DNA of 64,000 bases. Source: an uncultured bacterium. GTDB taxonomy: Bacteria > Cyanobacteriota > Vampirovibrionia > Gastranaerophilales > Gastranaerophilaceae. Positions within the stretch are counted from its first letter, which is position 1, and the number at the start of each line of letters is the position of its first letter. Under the pieces are notes generated by a model that did not search any database, had not been told where the DNA came from, and saw only the letters and a program-made list of their open reading frames with translations. The DNA is taken from the NCBI GenBank assembly GCA_949282215.1, contig CASDPF010000007.1, positions 13,506 through 77,505 on the forward strand, read 5' to 3'. Of the stretch, positions 17,658 through 27,735 are shown piece after piece. The translations under genes and the position numbers were made by a program.

Positions 17658-18254
17658 TTATTGCATTGATTTATTTGAACTCAAATATTCTTTTTCTTTC
17701 ACACCGGTAACATACATTTTACCATCAGGCTGTATAAAAATTTCAAACCTGTCAGGACTGTGGCAATCCGTTGCAGAATAGCTGCAATTAGGCTTTCTGT
17801 CCCCATTTACATCAACAATTATACTTTTATCCGAATCAAAATCAGTATATGGCATATACCAACTAATACCATCAGTGGTAACAAAAGATGGTACATTTGA
17901 ATCTGTAGGGACTCTTGAACCTGCTACGCAGCTTATATTATTATTTATAGTGTTTACCTTTGCTGCAAATAATTTACAAAATTTATCACTGCCACTATAT
18001 AACTCATCATTGTATTCAACCTCACTGACATTATCTAATCCAACTGATGTTCCTTCTCCAATAGGATACAGCGTTTCATCGTTAACAAGCTCACTTACCA
18101 TCCTTTCTGCAACATAATATGCTTTTTTAAACAAAGCCTTATTTTCATTAGGACGTACTTTTGATACTGCAGGAAGTAATATTGAAGCCAATATACCAAG
18201 AATAGCCATCGTAATCATTACTTCTGCCAAAGTAAATGCTTTATTATTCCTCAT
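17658..18254 (-). CDS. prepilin-type N-terminal cleavage/methylation domain protein
   Basis: MRNNKA|FTLAEVMITMAILGILASILLPAV. Confidence 0.85.
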   Translation of the reverse strand: MRNNKAFTLAEVMITMAILGILASILLPAVSKVRPNENKALFKKAYYVAERMVSELVNDETLYPIGEGTSVGLDNVSEVEYNDELYSGSDKFCKLFAAKVNTINNNISCVAGSRVPTDSNVPSFVTTDGISWYMPYTDFDSDKSIIVDVNGDRKPNCSYSATDCHSPDRFEIFIQPDGKMYVTGVKEKEYLSSNKSMQ

Positions 18255-18302
18255 TTCAAATCCTCTTAAATACTTTAATATGAAATATATACTTTATAAA
18301 TT

Positions 18303-18331
18303 ATTATAACATATTGACCTCAGTTTTGCAA
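18303..18331 (-). promoter_or_regulatory. sigma70-type promoter TTGCAA-N17-TATAAT for 17658..18254
   Basis: Read on the minus strand: TTGCAA aactgaggtcaatatgt TATAAT. Confidence 0.55.
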
Positions 18332-18354
18332 CATGCACTAAAAGTCTCCGACAC

Positions 18355-18383
18355 TTGACACTGAGCCAGTTATCACTTATAAT
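18355..18383 (+). promoter_or_regulatory. consensus sigma70 promoter TTGACA-N17-TATAAT for 18408..19295
   Basis: TTGACA ctgagccagttatcact TATAAT. GAGGAG follows at 18391 and ATG at 18408. Confidence 0.65.
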
Positions 18384-18407
18384 AGAGTATGAGGAGTTTG
18401 GTTTTGT

Positions 18408-19295
18408 ATGAATAAAAAAGGAATGACTTTAGCTGAAGTTTTATTTGTTTTCATAATCATAGGTATTATTGCCGCAATAGCTATTATTACGGTAAAGCCT
18501 TGGGATAAAGCTTGTAAATATGCATATTCAAGAATTTATCATTCACTTAGACTTGCCTTTTACAACGCAATGTTAACGCAACCGGAATTTCCGACAACAT
18601 CAACGCAATTTTGCAATCTTTTAGTTGAATATATTAACACTTCTACAGACGGTGCAAATTGTACCCAATCAAGAGATTTAACAAATAATCCGAGAATTTT
18701 TCCTGATGAAAAAATTCAAATACAAGCATCAAATTCTTCAAAAATTTGGATTGGTGCAAATAGCGGACAACCGTTTGTGCATACAGAAACAGAATCCAGT
18801 GGAGCAATTTCCAAAACAAAATATTACCTTGTATATGTTGACTTAAATGGTAACAGGGGGCCTAATTCACCAAAGTGGGAAGAAAACAGATTATCTGATA
18901 TTGTAGCTTTTGCTGTAACAGATGGACTGACAGTTCTTCCATTAGGTCATCCCGAAGTTGACAACAGATATTTAAATGCCCATGTCGTATATCCTCAGAT
19001 AAATGAAGACAATCCTGACGGAAATATCTCTGATGACATGACTTATTATGAAGCTAAAAAGAAAGCTTGGGGTAACAATGTTGACAGTTCAGACTCAATG
19101 TCTTTAAATTTTCAAAATGATCTGCCTAATGATAGCTACTTTAAACTAACAACAACGGGCAGTGTAAATAGCCCGTATTATCCTGATGCAGACAGCTATA
19201 GTGACTTTTTCCCTGTTCCTATAGGAGCTGACACTGCAAATGGTTGTAAAGAAGTAAGCTCACCTTGTTATGTAGATATTTTCGAATACCACTAG
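18408..19295 (+). CDS. prepilin-type N-terminal cleavage/methylation domain protein
   Basis: MNKKG|MTLAEVLFVFIIIGIIAAIAIITV. Confidence 0.8.
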   Translation: MNKKGMTLAEVLFVFIIIGIIAAIAIITVKPWDKACKYAYSRIYHSLRLAFYNAMLTQPEFPTTSTQFCNLLVEYINTSTDGANCTQSRDLTNNPRIFPDEKIQIQASNSSKIWIGANSGQPFVHTETESSGAISKTKYYLVYVDLNGNRGPNSPKWEENRLSDIVAFAVTDGLTVLPLGHPEVDNRYLNAHVVYPQINEDNPDGNISDDMTYYEAKKKAWGNNVDSSDSMSLNFQNDLPNDSYFKLTTTGSVNSPYYPDADSYSDFFPVPIGADTANGCKEVSSPCYVDIFEYH

Positions 19296-19345
19296 AAAAA
19301 TTTTCTATCTTCTTATACAATTAATAAAAAAAGGAGATGGTATCA

Positions 19346-19975
19346 ATGAAAGTTCTTTTAGTTAACGGAAGTTGCAATAAAAACGGATGTACGTTTACAG
19401 CTCTATCAGAAATTGAAAAAATCCTCAACACAGAAGGAATTGAAACAGAAATTATCCAAATTGGAAATACACCTATCAGAGATTGCATAGGCTGTCAGGT
19501 TTGTCGCAACAGTAACAGCCTAAAATGTGTATTCAATGATGACATTGTCAATGAAATTATTGAAAAAGCCAAAACTTCTGACGGATTCATTTTCGGCTCT
19601 CCTGTATATTACGCACATCCTAGTGGCAGATTAATTTCACTTATGGATAGAGTTTTTTACGCAGGAGGCGGAGCTTTTGCTTTTAAACCGGCAGCGGCAA
19701 TAGTATCAGCAAGAAGAGCAGGGACAACAGCCTCTTTAGATGTTATTAACAAGCACTTTTTATTAAACAAAATGCCTGTTGTTCCATCCAATTACTGGAA
19801 TATGGTACACGGAAATACTCCTGACGAAGTTAAACAGGACTTAGAAGGTTTGCAAATAATGCGAAATTTAGGACATAATATGGCTTGGCTGCTAAAGTGT
19901 ATTGAGGCAGGTCAAAAAGCAGGTATTAACTACCCTGAAATAGAAGCTAAAGTAAGAACAAACTTTATTCGCTAA
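19346..19975 (+). CDS. NAD(P)H-dependent FMN reductase / iron-sulfur flavoprotein-like
   Basis: MKVLLVNGS..GCTF, a CIGCQVC cysteine cluster, and FGSPVYY flavodoxin-like motifs. Confidence 0.7.
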   Translation: MKVLLVNGSCNKNGCTFTALSEIEKILNTEGIETEIIQIGNTPIRDCIGCQVCRNSNSLKCVFNDDIVNEIIEKAKTSDGFIFGSPVYYAHPSGRLISLMDRVFYAGGGAFAFKPAAAIVSARRAGTTASLDVINKHFLLNKMPVVPSNYWNMVHGNTPDEVKQDLEGLQIMRNLGHNMAWLLKCIEAGQKAGINYPEIEAKVRTNFIR

Positions 19976-19976
19976 T

Positions 19977-20249
19977 TTACTTTACCGCATATATAGGAAC
20001 ATTATTCCTGTATCGGAACCACAATCCCATATCCAGAAGTAAGAAAAATACATTCAAAAGATACAACGCTAATACTATATCAAAACTATAGAGTATCTTA
20101 TGTATAATTCCACATATATATCCGAGCAAAATCAGCATAGAAAAGTGAATACTCTTACCGCTGACGCATTTTGCTTTATAAGTTTTATATGCGGCAATAG
20201 GCCAACTAGCACCAAAACAAATTAACATCCCTGCTTCAAAAACACTCAT
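19977..20249 (-). CDS. small 3-TM membrane protein, PQ-loop/SemiSWEET-like
   Basis: 90 aa. SWPIAAYKTYKAKCVSGKS resembles the PQ-loop motif context. This is a weak family call. Confidence 0.4.
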   Translation of the reverse strand: MSVFEAGMLICFGASWPIAAYKTYKAKCVSGKSIHFSMLILLGYICGIIHKILYSFDIVLALYLLNVFFLLLDMGLWFRYRNNVPIYAVK

Positions 20250-20251
20250 TA

Positions 20252-20860
20252 TTAAACTCCTCCTTTTTTATTTTTTTCAAAACCCATAGTCCTCATAATA
20301 GGATGAAGGACTTTATTGCTTATTTCTGAGGCAATCCAAGCAAGACCAATTACTGAGCCTGCAAGGTAACTTAATTCTATAGCACCTTTGCCAGCCTCAT
20401 ATAATTTAGGATTTTCTTTAGCTAATAAATCTTCTTTCAATGTCGTTTTTGAAAACTTGTCTTCTTTCAATGTATCAGGAATTTTTGATAACAAATTATT
20501 TGATTTTCTATCTTTTAAAGGCATACGAGCTAATTTTAAATAATTTTCATATTCATCAGCATTTTTAAATGCAGGCAGAGCCTTTTCATTTTTTATAAGC
20601 TTTTGTGCAAGTTTAAATCCTGCATTCTTAAAAAAGACAGATACAAGAGTCATGTAAATTCCAAGACAAAGCAGCTGATACAATCCTTCTTTGACTGCAG
20701 CATAACGTCTTGTATCTTTATCAACTTTTTTATCCATCATGATAAAAGCAGGGCGGCCTACAGCCTTAAACATTGACTCAGTTGCAACCGTAGCTTTTGT
20801 ATTCTGAGCGAAATTAACGAATGCGGGGTTTGTTAAAACTGCAGTAATTTTATCTATCAT
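20252..20860 (-). CDS. membrane protein of unknown function (RP-x5-DKK family)
   Basis: GRPAFIMMDKKVDKDTRRYAAVKEG is paralogous to LRPTYTMMDKKQDRKSRVYTAFREG in the next gene. Confidence 0.55.
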   Translation of the reverse strand: MIDKITAVLTNPAFVNFAQNTKATVATESMFKAVGRPAFIMMDKKVDKDTRRYAAVKEGLYQLLCLGIYMTLVSVFFKNAGFKLAQKLIKNEKALPAFKNADEYENYLKLARMPLKDRKSNNLLSKIPDTLKEDKFSKTTLKEDLLAKENPKLYEAGKGAIELSYLAGSVIGLAWIASEISNKVLHPIMRTMGFEKNKKGGV

Positions 20861-21372
20861 AAACCAACCCTCATTCCGTAATTAAAAGGCTTTACATTAT
20901 TATAACTAATCGGTTGATATAAATTATAAGCCTTTCTATCTGGCTTAACGGGTTCAATATTAACAGGAGCATTATTTTTCTTCCTAGTACACAAATCCAT
21001 AAGCGGTTTTGTAACAAGATTACAAATCATAGGTATAACAAAAAGAGCAGTTAAACTTACACTGATTAATGACAATGTAGATTTTACCTGACTTAATTTT
21101 TCAGGAATTTTAGCTCTTTCACAAATCGGTTTTGCCATTTTTTCTACAAAATGATTGGTTAATAAGTAAGACCCGAAAGCTACCGCACCTGTCGTACCTT
21201 CACGAAACGCTGTATATACTCTTGATTTTCTATCCTGCTTTTTATCCATCATTGTATAGGTAGGACGCAAAATCCCCTTAGAAAGAGCAATAGTTAATGC
21301 ACCATATAGGGCATTATTATTCTTTCCGAGGTAAGTGCATATATTTTCACAGCTTTTTGAAAGGGTCGTCAT
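20857..21372 (-). CDS. membrane protein of unknown function (RP-x5-DKK family)
   Basis: ORF track 20857..21405. Start set at ATG 21372, after AGGAAG. Overlaps the downstream paralog by 4 nt. Confidence 0.55.
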   Translation of the reverse strand: MTTLSKSCENICTYLGKNNNALYGALTIALSKGILRPTYTMMDKKQDRKSRVYTAFREGTTGAVAFGSYLLTNHFVEKMAKPICERAKIPEKLSQVKSTLSLISVSLTALFVIPMICNLVTKPLMDLCTRKKNNAPVNIEPVKPDRKAYNLYQPISYNNVKPFNYGMRVGL

Positions 21373-21499
21373 AATTTTTCTTCCTGTATTTATATTATGA
21401 CTCAAATATTTAGTGTGTAAAATACAATTATTCTATAGTTATTATAACTTTTAGCTATAATATTATTGATTTTTTATTCTAATATTATATAATCTTAAT

Positions 21500-22372
21500 A
21501 TGAATTTAAATCAATTAAAATACATAACAGTTACAGCAGAAGAATTAAATATTTCAAAAGCAGCGGAAAAACTCTATATATCACAACCATCATTGAGTAA
21601 AAGTATAAAAATGCTTGAGGAAGAACTGGGTACTGAAATTTTTACAAGAAAACCCTTTCAACTGACTTACGCAGGTGAAATATTTGTAAAATGGGCAAAT
21701 CAGGTTTTAACTTCTCACAAACATTTGAGTCAGAGGATTTCAGATATAGTAAATGAAAAAGAGATAAAACTTACAATCGGAATGTCCCCTTTCAGAAGTA
21801 CATCTTTACTCCCTCAAATAATTTCTAAATTCAAAGAAGAATATCCCGATTGCAATCTCGCACTTGAGGAGCATCCGACAGATATTTTACATAAAATGCT
21901 CGAAGAAGAAAAAATTGACATTATGATAGATATCCCATACGGAGACCCCTCAAATTATGAAAGTATAATTATTGCAAAAGAAAAAATATTACTTGGACTC
22001 CCTGCTGATTGGATTTATACAAAGCAGAAAGCTGAAATAAAAGACTTTAGTGATAAGCCGTTTATAATGCTGACCGAAAGGCAATACCTCGGGAAACTCG
22101 GACGAAGAATTTGTTTAAAAAGCGGTTTTAGCCCTAAAATATTTATGGAATGCCATAATCTTGAAACAGCGTATTCAATGATAAAACAGGGATTTGGGTT
22201 ATCATTTATACCTGAAATGTTTGCCAAAAATCTTGCTGACAATGACAAAATGAAATGTCTGGAGATAGATAACTACAATCCTGAAAGAGAGATTGCTGTT
22301 GTATATAATAAAAACAATTATCTTCCAAAGCCTGCAAAAAGACTTATAGAAATATTAAAAGAAACATTCTAA
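21500..22372 (+). CDS. LysR-family transcriptional regulator
   Basis: The N-terminal wHTH MNLNQLKYITVTAEELNISKAAEKLYISQPSLSKSIKMLEEELG is typical of LTTRs. 290 aa. Confidence 0.85.
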   Translation: MNLNQLKYITVTAEELNISKAAEKLYISQPSLSKSIKMLEEELGTEIFTRKPFQLTYAGEIFVKWANQVLTSHKHLSQRISDIVNEKEIKLTIGMSPFRSTSLLPQIISKFKEEYPDCNLALEEHPTDILHKMLEEEKIDIMIDIPYGDPSNYESIIIAKEKILLGLPADWIYTKQKAEIKDFSDKPFIMLTERQYLGKLGRRICLKSGFSPKIFMECHNLETAYSMIKQGFGLSFIPEMFAKNLADNDKMKCLEIDNYNPEREIAVVYNKNNYLPKPAKRLIEILKETF

Positions 22373-23856
22373 AGTGAGGAAATAAATTTTCTAAATGCAT
22401 TTTTGCCTTGCTCGTTTCTTTTAAAAACACCTGCATCTTCAAGCACTTTAGCAAATACAAGACCTGTTTCTGTTTCAAGAATATTACGAATATTACCAGA
22501 ATTCACTTCAGGATATTTTGGTAAGAATTTCTGAACCCAATCAGCATGTTTAGCCGTCAATTCATTTTCTGTTAAGTCTTTATTGTAAAGTATTGCATCT
22601 TCAAGAGCATTGAATTCTTTTTCTAACCTTGAAGGGAGGACTGCAAGTCCCATAACTTCAATTAACCCTATATTTTCTTTTTTAATATGATGTAAATTAG
22701 AATGCGGATGATAAACTCCTAAAGGATGTTCATCAGTTGTAATATTATTTCTCAAAACTAAATCCAATTCATACAAATCATTGCGTTTTCTTGCTATAGG
22801 AGTAATGGTATTATGCGGCTCGCCATTTGTATATGCAAAAATAAATGAGCTTTCATCAGTATAATTTCGCCAACAATTAAGAATATAATCAGCTAAATCA
22901 ACAAGTCTGTCAGAATCTTTATGTCTAATTCTTATTACTGACATAGGCCATTTTACAATTCCGACCTCAACATCTTCAAAATGTCTTATAATAAATTCTT
23001 CGTCAATAGTAGCCCGCTCCATCGCAAACTCATATCTGCCGCCTTGAAAATGGTCATGAGAAAGTATTGACCCTCCAACTATAGGCAAATCAGCATTTGA
23101 ACCAACAAAATAATGAGGAAACATCTCAATAAAATCAAAGAGTTTTTCAAACGTAGACTTATCAATCACCATAGGAATATGTTTTTTATTAAACACGATA
23201 CAATGCTCGTTATAATAAACATAAGGAGAATACTGAAAATACCAAGGCTCGTTTGCAATTTGTATTGGAATAATTCTATGATTTTGTCTTGCAGGGTGAT
23301 TTACTCTGCCTGAGTAACCTTCATTTTCAGGACAGAGCATACATTTAGGATAACCTGATTGTTTTGCGGATTTTGCAGCAGCAATAGCTTTTGGATCTTT
23401 TTCAGGCTTTGAAAGATTTATAGATAAATCAAGTCTGCCATATTCAGTCTCTGCCCCCCAGCGTAAATCTTTTTCTATACGGTAACGTCTGATATAATCA
23501 GTATCCTGCGAAAATTTATAATACCAATCCGTAGCTTCCTGAGGAGAGCTTGCATAATGAGCGTTAAAAGTTTCAATAACTTCATGAGGCGGAGGCGTTA
23601 GACAACCCATTAATTTCGTATCAAACAAATCCCGATATACAATACTATCTTCTATCAAGCCTTTTTCTACGGCATAATCATTTAACTTTTTAAGGATATC
23701 TTCAAGGGAAAGATTAGAAACATTTTCTGGTTCTATATACTCATCAATTTGAAGCACTTCAAGAATACGGTTAATTGCATAATTATAATCAACCTCTTTA
23801 ATAAGACCTGATTTAATACCATATTCAACGAGTTGTTTTATCGCGTCATTAATCAT
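22369..23856 (-). CDS. galT: UDP-glucose--hexose-1-phosphate uridylyltransferase (type 2 GalT)
   Basis: ~495-aa long-form GalT. Sits in an operon with galE and galK. Confidence 0.8.
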   Translation of the reverse strand: MINDAIKQLVEYGIKSGLIKEVDYNYAINRILEVLQIDEYIEPENVSNLSLEDILKKLNDYAVEKGLIEDSIVYRDLFDTKLMGCLTPPPHEVIETFNAHYASSPQEATDWYYKFSQDTDYIRRYRIEKDLRWGAETEYGRLDLSINLSKPEKDPKAIAAAKSAKQSGYPKCMLCPENEGYSGRVNHPARQNHRIIPIQIANEPWYFQYSPYVYYNEHCIVFNKKHIPMVIDKSTFEKLFDFIEMFPHYFVGSNADLPIVGGSILSHDHFQGGRYEFAMERATIDEEFIIRHFEDVEVGIVKWPMSVIRIRHKDSDRLVDLADYILNCWRNYTDESSFIFAYTNGEPHNTITPIARKRNDLYELDLVLRNNITTDEHPLGVYHPHSNLHHIKKENIGLIEVMGLAVLPSRLEKEFNALEDAILYNKDLTENELTAKHADWVQKFLPKYPEVNSGNIRNILETETGLVFAKVLEDAGVFKRNEQGKNAFRKFISSL

Positions 23857-24842
23857 TTTTGAAAACCTTTCGGATGATTTTTATGCCATTTCCAAGCTGT
23901 TTCAATAATTTCTTCTAATGAATCGTGCTGAGGTTTCCAGCCCAAAATCTTTTTAGCTTTTTCACTTGATGCAATTAAAACTGCAGGATCACCGGCTCTG
24001 CGAGGTGAAATAACAGCAGGAATTTTATGTCCTGTAACTTTTCTTGCACATTCAATAACCTCTTTTACCGTAAAACCGACACCGTTACCGAGATTAAAGA
24101 TATTGCTTTCATTTCCCTCTCTCAAATATTTAACCGCAAGAATATGAGCCTGAGCCAAATCTGTTACATGAATATAATCCCTAACACAAGTTCCATCCTT
24201 TGTATTATAATCATCACCGAAAATTCCGACCTCTTCACGTTGTCCATTAGGAACCTGTAAAATTATCGGGATAAGGTGAGATTCTGGATTGTGAGCTTCT
24301 CCGATTTCTCCTGAAATATGAGCCCCGCAAGCATTAAAATACCTCAATGAAACATATTTTAGACCATGAGCTTTTGATACCCACTTAAACATCTTTTCCA
24401 TTGATAATTTCGTCTCTCCATAAGTATTAGTCGGTTCAGTTCTATCAGTTTCAAGAATAGGAATACTTTCAGGCTCACCGTAAGTCGCTGCAGTAGATGA
24501 AAAAACTATTTTATCTATACCGCTCTCAACCATAGATTTTAAAAGCACCATAGTACCATATAAATTGTTATCGTAATATTTTAAAGGATCCACCATACTT
24601 TCTCCGACAAGAGAATTTGCAGCAAAATGTATTACGGAATCAATTTTTTCTTCTTTAAACAATTTATCCAAAAACTCTTTATCTCTTATGTCACCTTTAT
24701 AAAATTTTGCTTTCGGATGAACAGCTTCCTGATAACCGGTTTGAAGATTATCTGCAATAACAACCTCTTCCCCGCTATCAATCAGTTCATACACTGTGTG
24801 TGAACCGATATATCCTGCTCCGCCTAAAACTAATACAGCCAT
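23853..24842 (-). CDS. galE: UDP-glucose 4-epimerase
   Basis: [11 protein letters not shown] Rossmann motif, YGETK catalytic motif, 329 aa. Confidence 0.9.
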   Translation of the reverse strand: MAVLVLGGAGYIGSHTVYELIDSGEEVVIADNLQTGYQEAVHPKAKFYKGDIRDKEFLDKLFKEEKIDSVIHFAANSLVGESMVDPLKYYDNNLYGTMVLLKSMVESGIDKIVFSSTAATYGEPESIPILETDRTEPTNTYGETKLSMEKMFKWVSKAHGLKYVSLRYFNACGAHISGEIGEAHNPESHLIPIILQVPNGQREEVGIFGDDYNTKDGTCVRDYIHVTDLAQAHILAVKYLREGNESNIFNLGNGVGFTVKEVIECARKVTGHKIPAVISPRRAGDPAVLIASSEKAKKILGWKPQHDSLEEIIETAWKWHKNHPKGFQK

Positions 24843-24865
24843 CTTTATTCTTATCCTCCAATTAT

Positions 24866-26134
24866 TTATTTAATAACAGTACCACCAATCGGTCTTATTG
24901 AAAGAACATGACAATTACCACTGCCAACTATTTTTTCAATATTTTCTCTAAAATCATCTAACATATCAAGCGGAACAAATGCTTGTACAGTTCCTGCAAA
25001 ACCTCCGCCATGAACTCGATAGGCACCTTTGCCATCTAAAAATTCTTCACACAATGAAAGAACAACCCCAACGGCCTGTTCAGCTATAGATCCCGTAACA
25101 TTTACATTTTGTAAATACATATAAGATGAATACCCTGAATGTTTTACTAATTCCAAAAACTCTTCAAAATTATTTTTTTCAAGAGCCTCCGCTTCTTTTT
25201 GAGCCCTTTCATTTTCATTTAAAAAGTGATAAGCCCTTAATAATGCTCTGTCACCATATAATTTTCGTAACTTAGGGATTTCTGCTAAGAATTCATTTTT
25301 TTGTACATCTCGTAAAACATCTTTTTTAAAATACTCCGCAACCGCTTTCATTTCTTTCGGGATTGAGGCATATTCATCCGTCAAATCTGCATGGTCAGCC
25401 CCTGTATCTATTATACAAAGAGCATACCCCTCTTTTTCCAAATCGAAATCAATCTTTTTAATTAACGGTTCATCAGGATTTTTAAAATCAATAAACACCG
25501 CACCACCAACAGAAGATGCCATCTGATCCATCAAGCCGCATGGTTTACCAAAATAAACATTTTCCGCATATTGACCTATTTTTGCAATTTCAACAGGGGA
25601 TACCTGTTCTTTTGCAAACAATCCGTTTAGAATATTCCCGACCAAAACTTCAAAAGCTGCAGAAGACGACAAACCTGAGCCTTTTAGAACATTTGAAGAT
25701 GTATAAGCATTAAAACCTTTTATATCATAACCTAACTGTCTAAATCTAGCAGCTATTCCACGAATAATTGCACTTGAGCAACCGTATTCTTTTTCATCAG
25801 GTTCCAAATCCTCCAGATTTATCTCATCCATTGGATAGCCTTCTGATTTAATCCTTATAACATTTTCATTATTTATCGCAGCAACTGCTATAACATCTAA
25901 ATTAACACTTCCGGCAAGAACACAACCATGCTGATGATCAGTATGGTTACCTCCAATTTCGGTTCTTCCGGGAGCTGATACTAAAATTACATCTCCATTT
26001 GCAGAAAAAATTTCCTTATACTTTTTAATCAAATCCAAAAACCTGTCACGAATATTAGAGTGGAATGAAGAATTGAAATATCCATCGTACTTTCCATTAG
26101 TCAACTCTGCTTCAAAACATTCTAAACTTTGCAT
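24866..26134 (-). CDS. galK: galactokinase
   Basis: GHMP kinase motifs [13 protein letters not shown] and GSGLSSSAA. Start set at ATG 26134, after GAGAGG. Confidence 0.85.
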   Translation of the reverse strand: MQSLECFEAELTNGKYDGYFNSSFHSNIRDRFLDLIKKYKEIFSANGDVILVSAPGRTEIGGNHTDHQHGCVLAGSVNLDVIAVAAINNENVIRIKSEGYPMDEINLEDLEPDEKEYGCSSAIIRGIAARFRQLGYDIKGFNAYTSSNVLKGSGLSSSAAFEVLVGNILNGLFAKEQVSPVEIAKIGQYAENVYFGKPCGLMDQMASSVGGAVFIDFKNPDEPLIKKIDFDLEKEGYALCIIDTGADHADLTDEYASIPKEMKAVAEYFKKDVLRDVQKNEFLAEIPKLRKLYGDRALLRAYHFLNENERAQKEAEALEKNNFEEFLELVKHSGYSSYMYLQNVNVTGSIAEQAVGVVLSLCEEFLDGKGAYRVHGGGFAGTVQAFVPLDMLDDFRENIEKIVGSGNCHVLSIRPIGGTVIK

Positions 26135-26274
26135 AAACACCTCTCGCTAATATATAATTTATACCCTAATATATAAAATCAAAACATTCAAATACATGAA
26201 AAATCAAATAAAAACATGATAAATCTTAAAAAAAAATGGGTATAATGTTAACATACTGTTTAGAGGAGATTTAT

Positions 26275-27684
26275 ATGGAAGAAAGCTTAGACCTTAACGA
26301 AAAAAGGGTTGCAAAGGCTAAAAAAATGAAACTTTTTATTACCTTTGCAGCAGGCATGGCAGGATTACTTTTCGGGCTTGATATCGGAGTAATTTCAGGT
26401 GCTTTGCCTTTTATTACAACACAATTTGAACTTTCAAGCAGACTACAAGAATGGGTAGTAAGTACAATGATGCTTGGAGCTGCACTTGGTGCTATTTCCA
26501 CAGGCTGGATATCTTTTAAACTTGGAAGAAAAAAGAGTTTAATGACTGGAGCCGCACTTTTTGTAATCGGCTCAATAGGTTCATCGCTAGCACCTAATGT
26601 CATAATCCTACTAATATCAAGAGTTCTTTTAGGATTTGCAGTAGGTATAGCATCATACGTAGCACCATTATACCTTTCTGAAATGGCTGAAAAAGAAGAT
26701 CGAGGAAAACTGATTTCAATGTATCAAATGATGGTTACAATCGGGATTTTAGTTGCATTTATTTCCGACACCATTTTCAGTTACGGTGGACACTGGCGTT
26801 TAATGCTTGGGGTAATCAGTTTACCCGCATTACTTTTAATGTTTTCAGTATTCGGCTTACCTGACAGCCCAAGATGGCTGGCGTCAAAGGGTAAGTTTGA
26901 TAAAGCTAAAGAAATCCTAAGAATGCTTTCTACAACTGATGCAAAAGCTGATGCCGAATTAAATGAAATCCATGAAAGCCTTAAAGTAAAACAAGAGGGC
27001 TGGAGTTTATTTAAAGAAAATAAAAACGTAAGACGTGCTGTATATCTTGGAATGTTATTACAGGCTATGCAACAGTTTACAGGTATGAATGTAATTTTAT
27101 ATTATGCTCCGCAAATATTTAAACATGCCGGATTTGCAAATACGGAACAACAAATGCTTGCTACCGTAATTTGCGGATTGACAAACGTACTTGCAACGTT
27201 AATTGCTATGAGAACTGTTGATAAATCAGGCAGAAAACCAATATTAAAAATAGGTTTTGCAGGGATTGCAACAGGTACATTCTTATTAGGTGTATGTTTG
27301 TTTATGATAAACGCAGGATTCAGTGCATTATGGATCTCAATACTTGCAATCATAATGACATTATTTACAATCACAAGTTTTGCAATGAGTGCAGGTCCGG
27401 TTGTATGGATTTTATGTTCCGAAATTCAACCGCTAAAAAGCAGAGATTTTGGAGTAGCTTGTTCTACAACGACAAACTGGATTGTAAATATGATAATCGG
27501 GGCAACATTCCTAACTCTTATCAATCAATTCGGAATTGCTGTTACTTTCTGGATTTATACAGCATTGAACATATCGTTCGTAATATTTACTATATTATTG
27601 ATTCCGGAAACAAAGGGAATTTCGTTAGAAAACATAGAAAAGAACCTAATGGAAGGAAAACGACTCCGAGATATCGGGGTATAA
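26275..27684 (+). CDS. MFS sugar porter (GalP/XylE-type sugar:H+ symporter)
   Basis: [24 protein letters not shown] and PETKG are sugar-porter signatures. Start at ATG 26275, after AGAGGAG. Confidence 0.85.
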   Translation: MEESLDLNEKRVAKAKKMKLFITFAAGMAGLLFGLDIGVISGALPFITTQFELSSRLQEWVVSTMMLGAALGAISTGWISFKLGRKKSLMTGAALFVIGSIGSSLAPNVIILLISRVLLGFAVGIASYVAPLYLSEMAEKEDRGKLISMYQMMVTIGILVAFISDTIFSYGGHWRLMLGVISLPALLLMFSVFGLPDSPRWLASKGKFDKAKEILRMLSTTDAKADAELNEIHESLKVKQEGWSLFKENKNVRRAVYLGMLLQAMQQFTGMNVILYYAPQIFKHAGFANTEQQMLATVICGLTNVLATLIAMRTVDKSGRKPILKIGFAGIATGTFLLGVCLFMINAGFSALWISILAIIMTLFTITSFAMSAGPVVWILCSEIQPLKSRDFGVACSTTTNWIVNMIIGATFLTLINQFGIAVTFWIYTALNISFVIFTILLIPETKGISLENIEKNLMEGKRLRDIGV

Positions 27685-27685
27685 G

Positions 27686-27720
27686 AAAAAGACCCGCTTA
27701 TTTTATAAGCGGGTCTTTTT
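27686..27720. terminator. bidirectional intrinsic terminator
   Basis: AAAAAGACCCGCTTA-tttta-TAAGCGGGTCTTTTT. Confidence 0.8.
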
Positions 27721-27735
27721 TGTTTATATATTAAT

